A program made the translations under genes and the position numbers. Below the pieces are notes generated by a model that saw nothing but the letters and a program-made list of their open reading frames with translations, did no database searches and was not told the DNA's origin. A stretch of DNA of 64,000 bases from a virus (lineage: Duplodnaviria; Caudoviricetes): the IMG/VR virus record IMGVR_UViG_3300032227_000993, one strand, 5' to 3'. This document shows, one piece after another, positions 8,092-16,431 of the stretch. How positions within the stretch are numbered: position 1 is the first letter of the stretch; each line of letters starts with the position of its first letter.

Positions 8092-9219
8092 TTATGCTCC
8101 AACAGGTGTTACAGTAACAATAATACTGGGACTTGCTGGATAGCCAACTGTGACATTTCCTGCCAGGGTTGGAAATCTAAAGTTAGTATTAGTTGCTGCA
8201 TAGGCTATTTCATAGTAGTCGCCAGCGGCGGTCACATTGGCCATGATATTCCAACTTTGGACTGTTTGAACAGTATTATCTAAAGTAAAAAATCCGCCTG
8301 TATCGGGAACGGCTGTGCCGTTTTTCTTGAACCATATGTATGCTGTAGAGCCGCCGCCGCCCACAGTTTTGTCAATCTGTGCGCTGAACTGGATGTTGTA
8401 CAAGCCAGTTTTATTAATAATAATACGACTGTTACTGGCACCTGTACCCAACTGTATATTATTGTGCCCGTCGGTATTGTTTAATAAAAAGTTATAGGCT
8501 GTGTTGGCCGAAGCTACAGTTTGTGTGAGATTACTCCAAAATTGTCCGTAAGCTGGTGTATAACTGATGTTGCCCGAAACTGATAAATTACCGAGTAAGG
8601 TCACATTACCAGTGGCTGGATCAGCATCATTAAATGGATCAATAATGATATCGCCAATACCGGCCACTGAGTTTGAAGATAGATACAACTCGTTGTCGGT
8701 GGTTGCCAAGGCTGAAGTGTTTACCAATGGTGTGGCAATGTTCACAGCTGAAAACAAAGTGTCGCCCAACACTGATAAGTTTCCACTGATTTCTGTAACA
8801 GTGGAACTGACAACTACAGAATTGTTGGAGCCGGCAATGTTGAGTGTGATATTGCCCGAGTTGGCCAGGGTAAGTGTGGTGTTGCCGGCTATTAGGTTTG
8901 CTTGTAATCCAGGAACCCCGTTGACTTGTAGTACGCCGTTGAAAACTGTAAGTTCAGCTGTGAGATTACTGGCCACATTTGAGTCGGTGATGTAAATTGT
9001 TCCTGGGCCTAGCCATAAGTTGGCCCAACGATTAGTGGCGTTGCCCAAGAAATAGGTGTTGTCAGCAGCAGGAGTAATGTTGCCAGCTGTGGTGTTTACA
9101 TAGGTTTTGAGTGTAGACCCACTCACGTGATATGTTGCGCCTGAGGAGTCAGTGGGCAACAATGACGTATCTGTCATGGTGGTTAAGTTAGGTAAGCCTG
9201 TGATATTTACGTTTGCCAT
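8092..9219 (-). CDS. Fibre-like virion protein with probable C1q/TNF-like (BclA-C-type) C-terminal domain
   Basis: MANVNITGLP N-terminus; ITPAADNTYFLGNATNRWANLW fibre motif; C-terminal YGQF...TGLYNIQFSAQI...WFKKNG...YYEI jelly-roll pattern. Confidence 0.6.
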   Translation of the reverse strand: MANVNITGLPNLTTMTDTSLLPTDSSGATYHVSGSTLKTYVNTTAGNITPAADNTYFLGNATNRWANLWLGPGTIYITDSNVASNLTAELTVFNGVLQVNGVPGLQANLIAGNTTLTLANSGNITLNIAGSNNSVVVSSTVTEISGNLSVLGDTLFSAVNIATPLVNTSALATTDNELYLSSNSVAGIGDIIIDPFNDADPATGNVTLLGNLSVSGNISYTPAYGQFWSNLTQTVASANTAYNFLLNNTDGHNNIQLGTGASNSRIIINKTGLYNIQFSAQIDKTVGGGGSTAYIWFKKNGTAVPDTGGFFTLDNTVQTVQSWNIMANVTAAGDYYEIAYAATNTNFRFPTLAGNVTVGYPASPSIIVTVTPVGA

Positions 9220-9231
9220 TTTATTTTTCCG

Positions 9232-9381
9232 TTAAAGTGTTACCAAGTCATCGCCAGAAAGCGTGACCAGTTGGTCGCCAGCAAGCGTAACAAGATTTTG
9301 AGGAGCAGGTGGGGTCACAGCAAAATTTCCAATGCTAATGCCGCCGCCAATTTCAATACCTCCACCTATCGCTATCGCCAT
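9232..9381 (-). CDS. 49-aa mini-protein (below the ORF-track cutoff)
   Basis: Hand translation: MAIAIGGGIEIGGGISIGNFAVTPPAPQNLVTLAGDQLVTLSGDDLVTL*. AGGA SD upstream; motif shared with 4374-4694. Confidence 0.7.
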   Translation of the reverse strand: MAIAIGGGIEIGGGISIGNFAVTPPAPQNLVTLAGDQLVTLSGDDLVTL

Positions 9382-9426
9382 GATTCGGATTCCTGTTATT
9401 ATATTGTATTTAGCTGTTTTTACAGT

Positions 9427-10200
9427 TTACACCGTGCCAGCGAGCGTAGGCGCTATAACGGGCTTATGTTTACACTTGTCGCCGTGAAAAGCGTTGTATC
9501 TTGCTTTGCTTGCTTGTACTGGGCAATACGGACATTGTATTTTTGTTTGGGTGTAATGTTTACCTTCTGCTATTAGTTTAGCTACGGTGGCACTAATAGC
9601 ATCGCCTTGCTTTTTAGGTTTAGCTTTTCCTTTTGTGCCTTTAGATATTGCGTCTCGCTGTTGTTTACTCATTGGGCCGCGGGCTTTTCCTTTAAGCGAT
9701 TTAGAAATATTTTCTTTTTGTTCAGCTGTTCTTTTTTGCCCGGTGCGTTTTGCTACACCTTTAGCAACAGACTCCGCACTCATTACTCTGCCCTCGGCTG
9801 CTTTTTTATTTTTTTCTATTTGGGCGACAGACGCTGGTACGCCTTTGTTATGAGCAGGGCGGCCTTTCATAGTAGCTGAATGTACTATTGAAAATTCTTT
9901 TTTAAGGTTCTCGTACACTCTGCTTGTAATTTTAGTTTCGTAGCGTTGAGTACAATGACCGTTGCGTTTCATTCCGTTTAACGCATAAATCATTTTTGCT
10001 CTTGCTTCGCCTTTTTGTGTTTTTACTAACAGCCAATGGCAAATAAAATGTTCCCTTGCTGTTAAATTTACTAAATTTTCTTTGTTATCACTCCCGCCCA
10101 AACTGACAGGAATAATATGGTGGCGTTCTGTGTAGCCATCTACGGTGCGTAGTTTAGCGTTTGATACAATAGAGTTATACCACTTTTCGTATTTGTTCAT
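9427..10200 (-). mobile_element. Free-standing HNH homing endonuclease with NUMOD3-like repeats and a C-terminal Cys/His motif
   Basis: ERHHIIPVSLGGSDNKENLVNLTAREHFICHWLL (HNH); basic K--IS-SLKG repeats; CPYC...HGDKCKH tail. Confidence 0.85.
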
Positions 10201-10205
10201 AATAG

Positions 10206-10244
10206 TATTTAGTATAGTTTAACATTCACGTAATATTATGTCAA
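10206..10244 (-). promoter_or_regulatory. Dual promoter of the HNH gene: sigma70-type plus late
   Basis: TTGACA (10239-10244)-N17-TAAACT (10216-10221) with a TGn extension, then TAAATA (10206-10211) 5 nt before ATG. Confidence 0.6.
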
Positions 10245-10245
10245 C

Positions 10246-10270
10246 AAAAAACCCACCGAAGTGGGTTTTT
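10246..10270 (-). terminator. Intrinsic terminator after the capsid gene
   Basis: AAAAACCCAC-TTCG-GTGGGTTTTTT (UUCG loop). Confidence 0.88.
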
Positions 10271-10317
10271 GTTTGTTGCTTTGTTGTCCAAATACTTTGG
10301 ACAAAACTTTTCGTTGA

Positions 10318-11514
10318 TTAACTAAACGAGAGGTTTTGTACCGCAATTTCACCAACATAGTCTGCTGCATTTCCAAAGGAACTGGCAGTATTCGTGAGTT
10401 CGACGAATCCGTAGCGTGTCATAAATGATACGACTGGTTCGAAAGTTGTTGGATCCAATACAACACCACTACTCATCAGGGGAATGTATGGGCAATAGAA
10501 CGCAGCGGCATCAGCCTCTGAAGAACCTTTGTAACCAACCAATACTGATTGTGTATCTGGAGCATAGCTGTTTACAAACACACGGAGTGCGCCATTCAAT
10601 GTACCAACAAACTTGGTGTTTGTAGGAGCTTCAAATGTGCCTTCTGTTGTGCGAGCAAAAGCACTAGTTGTAGCAGATTGCAATACTGTTAAAGCAGCTG
10701 AACTAACAACAGCCCAGTTACCAGCGCCACGACGTGTGCGCTGAGCGATCAAGTTAGCAACGCGGTTGATCAACACAGCCAAAGCTGCATGCTCATCACC
10801 CACGAATGTTGCTGTACCAGATACAGTAGCTTGGTTGTATGTGTACTCAGTAGCAGCCAAAGCACTCAATGACAAGAGGATCTCTTGGTCGATCTCAGCA
10901 GTAATTTCTTGTGCGAGAGCAGCCATGATTTCAGCTTCTACGTCAATACCGTGCATAGCTTGTGCGTCTTGAGCAGATTCAAATGTCCAACGAGCTTGTA
11001 ACTTACGTGTCTTTGCTTCAACAGCTTGTTTCAAGATCTGGATACTGATCTGCTTACCGCCTGTACCTTCCATTGTACTTGTGTTGTTACCAGTATAACC
11101 AGTAGCAGTTGTAGTACCTTGTGGAACTGTAGAGTATGCTGTAGCAATGGTGAATGGGCTTAGGGCTTCTTGACCAGCTGTTACAGATGTTGCGGCTAAA
11201 CTATTGTCAGTCAAAGACTGAGCATAGCGTACACGCAATGTGTGGATTTGGGATACTGGGCCAGTCATTGGCTGTACACCAACCAACTCGTTAGCGATAA
11301 CGGTTGGCATTACACGACGGATAACTGGAAGAATCACACGATTCAAAGTAGCGATGTTACCACTAGCTGTTGAACCTGCTGATGCGTTTTCTTTCAAATA
11401 CTTACGTGTGTTTTCGAGGATAACACTCATTGAGTTACGCTTAGAACCTTGCAAACCTTCTAAGAGTGCGTCTTTAGTGTCGCCCCAACGGCTTTCTAAT
11501 AAATCTTGTGACAT
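10318..11514 (-). CDS. gp23: Major capsid protein, T4 gp23-like
   Basis: LVGVQPMTGPVSQIHTLR, VEAKTRKLQARWTFESAQDAQAMHGIDVEAE, YCPYIPL, FMTRYG motifs. Confidence 0.97.
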   Translation of the reverse strand: MSQDLLESRWGDTKDALLEGLQGSKRNSMSVILENTRKYLKENASAGSTASGNIATLNRVILPVIRRVMPTVIANELVGVQPMTGPVSQIHTLRVRYAQSLTDNSLAATSVTAGQEALSPFTIATAYSTVPQGTTTATGYTGNNTSTMEGTGGKQISIQILKQAVEAKTRKLQARWTFESAQDAQAMHGIDVEAEIMAALAQEITAEIDQEILLSLSALAATEYTYNQATVSGTATFVGDEHAALAVLINRVANLIAQRTRRGAGNWAVVSSAALTVLQSATTSAFARTTEGTFEAPTNTKFVGTLNGALRVFVNSYAPDTQSVLVGYKGSSEADAAAFYCPYIPLMSSGVVLDPTTFEPVVSFMTRYGFVELTNTASSFGNAADYVGEIAVQNLSFS

Positions 11515-11544
11515 TTAAGTCTCCTTTTTCTAATATCTTTTAAA

Positions 11545-12645
11545 TTACAGCCCTGCCAACCGCTTCAAGTCGATAACGTTGCTGTTTTCTTCAGCTTCAC
11601 TATCTTGCTCTTGGACACGGGCAGATTTATCGCCAGTTACTTCAGACAATGACTCAGTGATTACTTTATGGGCTTTCACTGCGCGACTTTCCAAAACAGC
11701 CGGTAGATACTTTTCGAATGCGTTTTTCAAACGTGGAGTTTGAACGCTTTCGAGTAAATTACGCATAACTTCTGCTTTCTCTTCGTTAAGAGGAGCCAAC
11801 AGTTCGTCTAATGTAGCTTGACGCTGATTAGATTCTTTAAGAATACGTACTTCACGTTCTTTGGATTCAACTAAGACAGTTGCTTTCTTAGCGAATTTGA
11901 TGGCTTCAGCAATCTTTTGATCTTTCTGAGCAATAGTGTTGTGTAACTTGCGAACTTCCGCTTTCTCATTTAAATGAGTTGCGCCAAATTCTGCACTGTA
12001 TGCTTCAAAAATACGACGTCCAAAATTGTTCTCGCGAGCAACTTGGATATCTTCTTTCAATTGACTGAGTTCAGCCTTGAGGTGTTTGGAAACAACTTGT
12101 GTCATCTTTTCAGCAGATTCTTTTACGAAACGGCTCTTCAAACTTTCCAACTGGCCACGTGCTTGAGAAACTAAGCGAACTTTGGTTTCTACAACATCAC
12201 GCTTGTCAGCGGCAAATTCTTGGATTTCACGAGCTAACGCATGAACGATGAAACCTTCCAATTTCTGGAGGCCTTCGTTATGTGTTTTACGGTCTCTGCG
12301 CAATTCGCCAATTTCTTCTGCCAATTTAGAAACCATGAAGCCGTTGAACTTGGCTGCTGATTCTTTCATTGTGCGTTGGAAGTTAACGCGGTCTTCGGCA
12401 AGTGCTTGCTTTTCAGCACGTACTTGCTCAACTTCTGCGATGAGACTTTCTGTTACCATACGATCAAGGGCTTCGACCATCACTTGTTTGTCATGCTCAT
12501 AGCGTTGTGCAAACTCTTCGCGGAGTTCTGCACGTGCGGCTTCTTTGGCTTCAACAATCTTGGCTTCCCAAGCTTCGTTGATTTCAGCTTTCGCTTCCTC
12601 AGTAACCAGCTCACTATCTAATAACGGCTTTAGTGCGTCTAGCAT
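11545..12645 (-). CDS. gp22: Prohead scaffolding protein, gp22-like
   Basis: Acidic coiled-coil protein between protease and capsid genes; likely start MLDAL at 12645. Confidence 0.8.
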   Translation of the reverse strand: MLDALKPLLDSELVTEEAKAEINEAWEAKIVEAKEAARAELREEFAQRYEHDKQVMVEALDRMVTESLIAEVEQVRAEKQALAEDRVNFQRTMKESAAKFNGFMVSKLAEEIGELRRDRKTHNEGLQKLEGFIVHALAREIQEFAADKRDVVETKVRLVSQARGQLESLKSRFVKESAEKMTQVVSKHLKAELSQLKEDIQVARENNFGRRIFEAYSAEFGATHLNEKAEVRKLHNTIAQKDQKIAEAIKFAKKATVLVESKEREVRILKESNQRQATLDELLAPLNEEKAEVMRNLLESVQTPRLKNAFEKYLPAVLESRAVKAHKVITESLSEVTGDKSARVQEQDSEAEENSNVIDLKRLAGL

Positions 12646-12646
12646 T

Positions 12647-13300
12647 TTATTTCCCTTCAATCTTGAGACCACGTATCAAACGAATTACTTCGTTTTGAAC
12701 GTATCTCTGTGCTTTATTGCTCTTAGCTGGGTCCTTGTACATTTCCAAAATCTTTTGTCCGCCGGTATGATTTAACAAACCTTCGTAAATTGCTGTTGGA
12801 TAAGCATTGGGAGCACTTGGCTGAGCAACTACATCAACAGTGACTATTTCAAAGTCACTGACGTGTCCATTAGCGTCGTTTACATTTCCAGATCCACGAC
12901 TGCTAACACCTAATTTAACACCACTGTCTAACATGGTCTTGACCAGTTGGCCCATTGGTGTAGGTAATATCTTGAGTTTGCCATAGCCACAAGGACCATC
13001 CATCCACATATTTTCAATCATGTGACTCACACGATCCAAATTAATCTTCAAGTCATCTGGGTGATCTACTTCACCCAACACAGAGTGACCTGTTTTAATT
13101 TGTTCGTTGATGGTGCCTACTGCTTTGGCGATTTCATTCACAGGATATACACGCTCATTTGCATTGCGAACTCCGCCTTCAATGCAAATACCCTTCATGT
13201 AAAGGGTCTTACCAGAACCATCAGCGGCTTCCTCAGTCAAAAGTTCTACTTTTGCCTGAGAGAAGCTTAGATGTTCCTTAAGATAAGTGTTGCGAGCCAT
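12647..13300 (-). CDS. gp21: Prohead core protease, gp21-like
   Basis: NANERVYP, GEVDHP and KLGVSSRGSG catalytic motifs. Confidence 0.93.
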   Translation of the reverse strand: MARNTYLKEHLSFSQAKVELLTEEAADGSGKTLYMKGICIEGGVRNANERVYPVNEIAKAVGTINEQIKTGHSVLGEVDHPDDLKINLDRVSHMIENMWMDGPCGYGKLKILPTPMGQLVKTMLDSGVKLGVSSRGSGNVNDANGHVSDFEIVTVDVVAQPSAPNAYPTAIYEGLLNHTGGQKILEMYKDPAKSNKAQRYVQNEVIRLIRGLKIEGK

Positions 13301-13309
13301 ATCTATGGA

Positions 13310-14209
13310 TTAACCTTTTGGAAAAGGTGTGCGACTATTTGTACCTGCAGCCTGTGTCATTGTTGGCTTTGGTGCGGCTTCTAACTTGCTACCGTCTTTG
13401 GCTGGAGTATTTTTAAAACTACCTGCGCCTTTTACGGATGTTTCGCCTTTACTGTACTCATTGCTTGGCTTTTTGTAAGCTGATGTACCATCTGGATTTG
13501 CTTCAGAAGCTACATTGCGTACTGGCTTTGCGGCCATTCCAGCTGCGCCAGAGTTGGCTGCCACTGGGGACTTAGAATTAGCACCGTTGTCGCCGTGTGT
13601 TGGGTTAGCAACTTTAGCTAAACTGATGTTTTCTGTCATTGGCACGTCTTGAAATTCGCTTGTATCATCTTGAGCGTATGCGTCGCCGCCTACTTCGTCG
13701 TCAATACTGATCATTTCTTCGCCGGATTCTTCGCCTGTGTCGTCGCCTAACAATGCTTCAAATTCAGCCATCAATTCGTCTAACTTATCTTCTAAGTCAA
13801 CAACGCGATCTTCCATGTCGCCTTCTTCAGCGTCATGATCATGTTCCATATCTTTGGTTTCTTCTTCGCCAGCTTCTTCGGCTTCGTCGTCAAATTCTGC
13901 GTCAGACTCTTCTGTCATGCCTGATTCATCAGTGTCAACATCAGCGATCAAATCATCAGCTGCGTCGCCGCCCATATCTTCATCAGCACGTTCTTTTTTG
14001 TCTTCTGCATCATCATACTCGATGTCTTTTTTAACTTCTTTGGCAGCACGTTCTGCGTGATCGTCTTCTTCTGCGTCAGACTCTTCGTTCATTAGGTTCT
14101 CATAGATTTCGCGTGATTTCTCAACTACGATATCATGGAATAATTCTTTAGCTTTCGCTTCTTCATCGTTAATTACATACTCAATTAACTGTTCAAATTT
14201 CGATGTCAT
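13310..14209 (-). CDS. Highly acidic prohead core protein (gp67-like position)
   Basis: Extremely D/E-rich; lies between portal and protease; late promoter TAAATA at 14239-14244 and AGGAGA SD. Confidence 0.6.
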   Translation of the reverse strand: MTSKFEQLIEYVINDEEAKAKELFHDIVVEKSREIYENLMNEESDAEEDDHAERAAKEVKKDIEYDDAEDKKERADEDMGGDAADDLIADVDTDESGMTEESDAEFDDEAEEAGEEETKDMEHDHDAEEGDMEDRVVDLEDKLDELMAEFEALLGDDTGEESGEEMISIDDEVGGDAYAQDDTSEFQDVPMTENISLAKVANPTHGDNGANSKSPVAANSGAAGMAAKPVRNVASEANPDGTSAYKKPSNEYSKGETSVKGAGSFKNTPAKDGSKLEAAPKPTMTQAAGTNSRTPFPKG

Positions 14210-14316
14210 TTATTTCTCCTTTAGAATGGCTCGTGCTGTATTTACACCTATATTATAATATAGGTGCTTTTAGTATGTAAAATTGGTTGTTTTTGTGGAC
14301 TTTTGTGTAGTTTTTG

Positions 14317-14535
14317 TTACACAACAGGTTCTGGTGGTGGCGCATATTGCATACGCACCAGTTTGAGTTTTTCTTTGTATTCAGCATTGCGAACATCGGA
14401 TAGTTCGCGTAATTTCTTGATTTGACGCAGAGTTAATCGTGTTTTACGTAGGTCTTTGAGCGTGGTTTGGCTGTTATCTTGCTCAAGATCTTGGTATGCG
14501 CTGGGGCTACGAGTGTAAAGTTCTGTAAGAATCAT
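14317..14535 (-). CDS. Small hypothetical head-module protein
   Basis: 72-aa ORF with TAAATA (14541-14546) 5 nt upstream. Confidence 0.65.
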   Translation of the reverse strand: MILTELYTRSPSAYQDLEQDNSQTTLKDLRKTRLTLRQIKKLRELSDVRNAEYKEKLKLVRMQYAPPPEPVV

Positions 14536-14562
14536 ACCAATATTTAGTTATTTTTTAGTAGA

Positions 14563-16392
14563 TTAGAGGCCTGCGCCAGTAGGTGCTGCGCCGGCTGTAG
14601 GGGTAGCCATGCCAGATGGAGGTGCTCCGCCTTCGGGTGCTCCGCCAATATCTCCGCCCATGTCTAGATCGCCGCCTAATTCTTCGCCGGTGGCAATGTC
14701 AGATTCCATGCCGCCTGGCGTTACACCCACGCTGCGTAGGTCTGAACCGGAGGCTGCAAGCTCTGGATTTTCACGTTCTTCACGCCATAACTGCTCGTTC
14801 TCAAGGATTTCTTCCTTGGTCAAGCCCAAATAGCGTTCTAATAAGAAACGTTTACTCAAGTATGGCAAGGGTTCTATGGCACTGAATGCTTGAATTCTGG
14901 TATTATCTAGCTCGACCTGACGGTAACTGGCAAAGTTTTGCGGTTCACACAGCTTGATATTAAACAAACCTGCGTCAATGTTAAAGCCTCTCCAAGACAA
15001 GAAGAGTTTAAATTCTGTGTCCAGCTTTTGCATGATGAGCTTCTGCAACCGTTCACAGTACTTGTTAAATCGATATTCTTGGATCAATGCTGTGCCTACT
15101 TTACCATCGTTCATGGTAGCGCCACTATCATCTGGTCCGGTTGGCAAATAGCTGCTTGGTACCCGTAATCCACGTGCCATTTTGTTGTTGAAGTATTTTA
15201 AATCGTCAATCTCACCTAGGTTTTGTCCGCCTGGAAGAACTTCAACTGAACTTCCACGACCTTCAGCAGTTTGTGGAAAGAAATAATCTTCATTGGTTGA
15301 CAATGGATTGTAACTTGCGTCCATCATATTGCCGCCGCCACCGGTTGTGGTAGGAATTCTGCGCTGATGCATTTCATTTTTGACACGTTCTACAAATTGC
15401 ATGGCCATGTGACTTGGCATATTGCCCACGTCAATCTTGAATAATCTGCGTTCTGGAGCACGTTGTACACGATAGATAAGCACAGCATCTTCTAACAGTT
15501 CTTTTTGTTTGTAAACTTTGTAGATGTTTTCTAGGATACTCTGTCCAAATGGCCAAAAGTAATCTAAGCCTTCATTCAAACTCAAATGTACGATGTGCTT
15601 GGCATCTAAACAGCTTTCATTCATGGCCTGTGTAAAGCGACTGTTGCCTACTCCGCCTCCACCGCCACCACCTGCTCCGCCGTTGGGCGCATTGTAGTTG
15701 TTGCCTGTGGTCACAGAGCCTGTGGCACGACTTACATAATAGTCTGATGTTGTTTTTGCTGCCATGCTCATGTTTTGAAAGTTAGGATTGATGTCGCGAA
15801 TAACATACTGCTCAGGACGTTTACCTTCTGATTCGTTGACAATAACACGGGCCACTTTGATCATGTCAATCCAGAACAGTTCAAATGTTTCAGGATCACG
15901 AACAAATATTTGATCGCCGTACTTGATAGTGTTACGGAATAACTTGAAAATGCGTTGATCAAGTTTATTCATTTTGGTCCATTGTTTTAATTGTTTTTTA
16001 ACAATTTCAATTTCATGATCTGATGGTTGATCATTAAAATCAATGTCAAATGGAGTTTGATTGTCTAAGTTGTTTTGTGTACTAAATTCAGCAATAATAT
16101 CCAAGCAGGCATTTACTTCTGAATCGCAATCCATATTTTCATATTGATTGTAGCGTTCTAAACGATTAGGGTGTCCTGAATACACTTCAGGCAGTCTGCT
16201 TGCGTAGTTACGAAAGGCAAAATCGTTACCGGTTCCAGATTCATAGTTAGAACCAGCGCGGTTGTAGCCAGGCAATCCCATGTTGTTTTTGCCTGAAATT
16301 GGGCTGAGTTGCCCTAATTGATTTACGTCAGCGACCTTAAAGTACTTGCGCCAACCGCCGTTGCGACCATTACGTCCGTTGTTATCTGCCAT
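14563..16392 (-). CDS. gp20: Portal protein, gp20-like
   Basis: LEDAVLIYRVQRAPERRLFKIDVGNMP, EDYFFPQTAEGRGSSVEVLPGGQNLGEIDDLKYF, LRVPSS motifs. Confidence 0.96.
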   Translation of the reverse strand: MADNNGRNGRNGGWRKYFKVADVNQLGQLSPISGKNNMGLPGYNRAGSNYESGTGNDFAFRNYASRLPEVYSGHPNRLERYNQYENMDCDSEVNACLDIIAEFSTQNNLDNQTPFDIDFNDQPSDHEIEIVKKQLKQWTKMNKLDQRIFKLFRNTIKYGDQIFVRDPETFELFWIDMIKVARVIVNESEGKRPEQYVIRDINPNFQNMSMAAKTTSDYYVSRATGSVTTGNNYNAPNGGAGGGGGGGVGNSRFTQAMNESCLDAKHIVHLSLNEGLDYFWPFGQSILENIYKVYKQKELLEDAVLIYRVQRAPERRLFKIDVGNMPSHMAMQFVERVKNEMHQRRIPTTTGGGGNMMDASYNPLSTNEDYFFPQTAEGRGSSVEVLPGGQNLGEIDDLKYFNNKMARGLRVPSSYLPTGPDDSGATMNDGKVGTALIQEYRFNKYCERLQKLIMQKLDTEFKLFLSWRGFNIDAGLFNIKLCEPQNFASYRQVELDNTRIQAFSAIEPLPYLSKRFLLERYLGLTKEEILENEQLWREERENPELAASGSDLRSVGVTPGGMESDIATGEELGGDLDMGGDIGGAPEGGAPPSGMATPTAGAAPTGAGL

Positions 16393-16431
16393 AGTATATT
16401 ATTTAGCGTATTTTTTACGATACAATTTTAA

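Noticed and set aside
8052-10344. Group I intron in gp23 with the remnant as exon 2
   Set aside because: gp23 already has a complete C-terminus, stop and terminator. No P7/catalytic core was recognised, and the junctions do not fit the exon-U / terminal-G rule.
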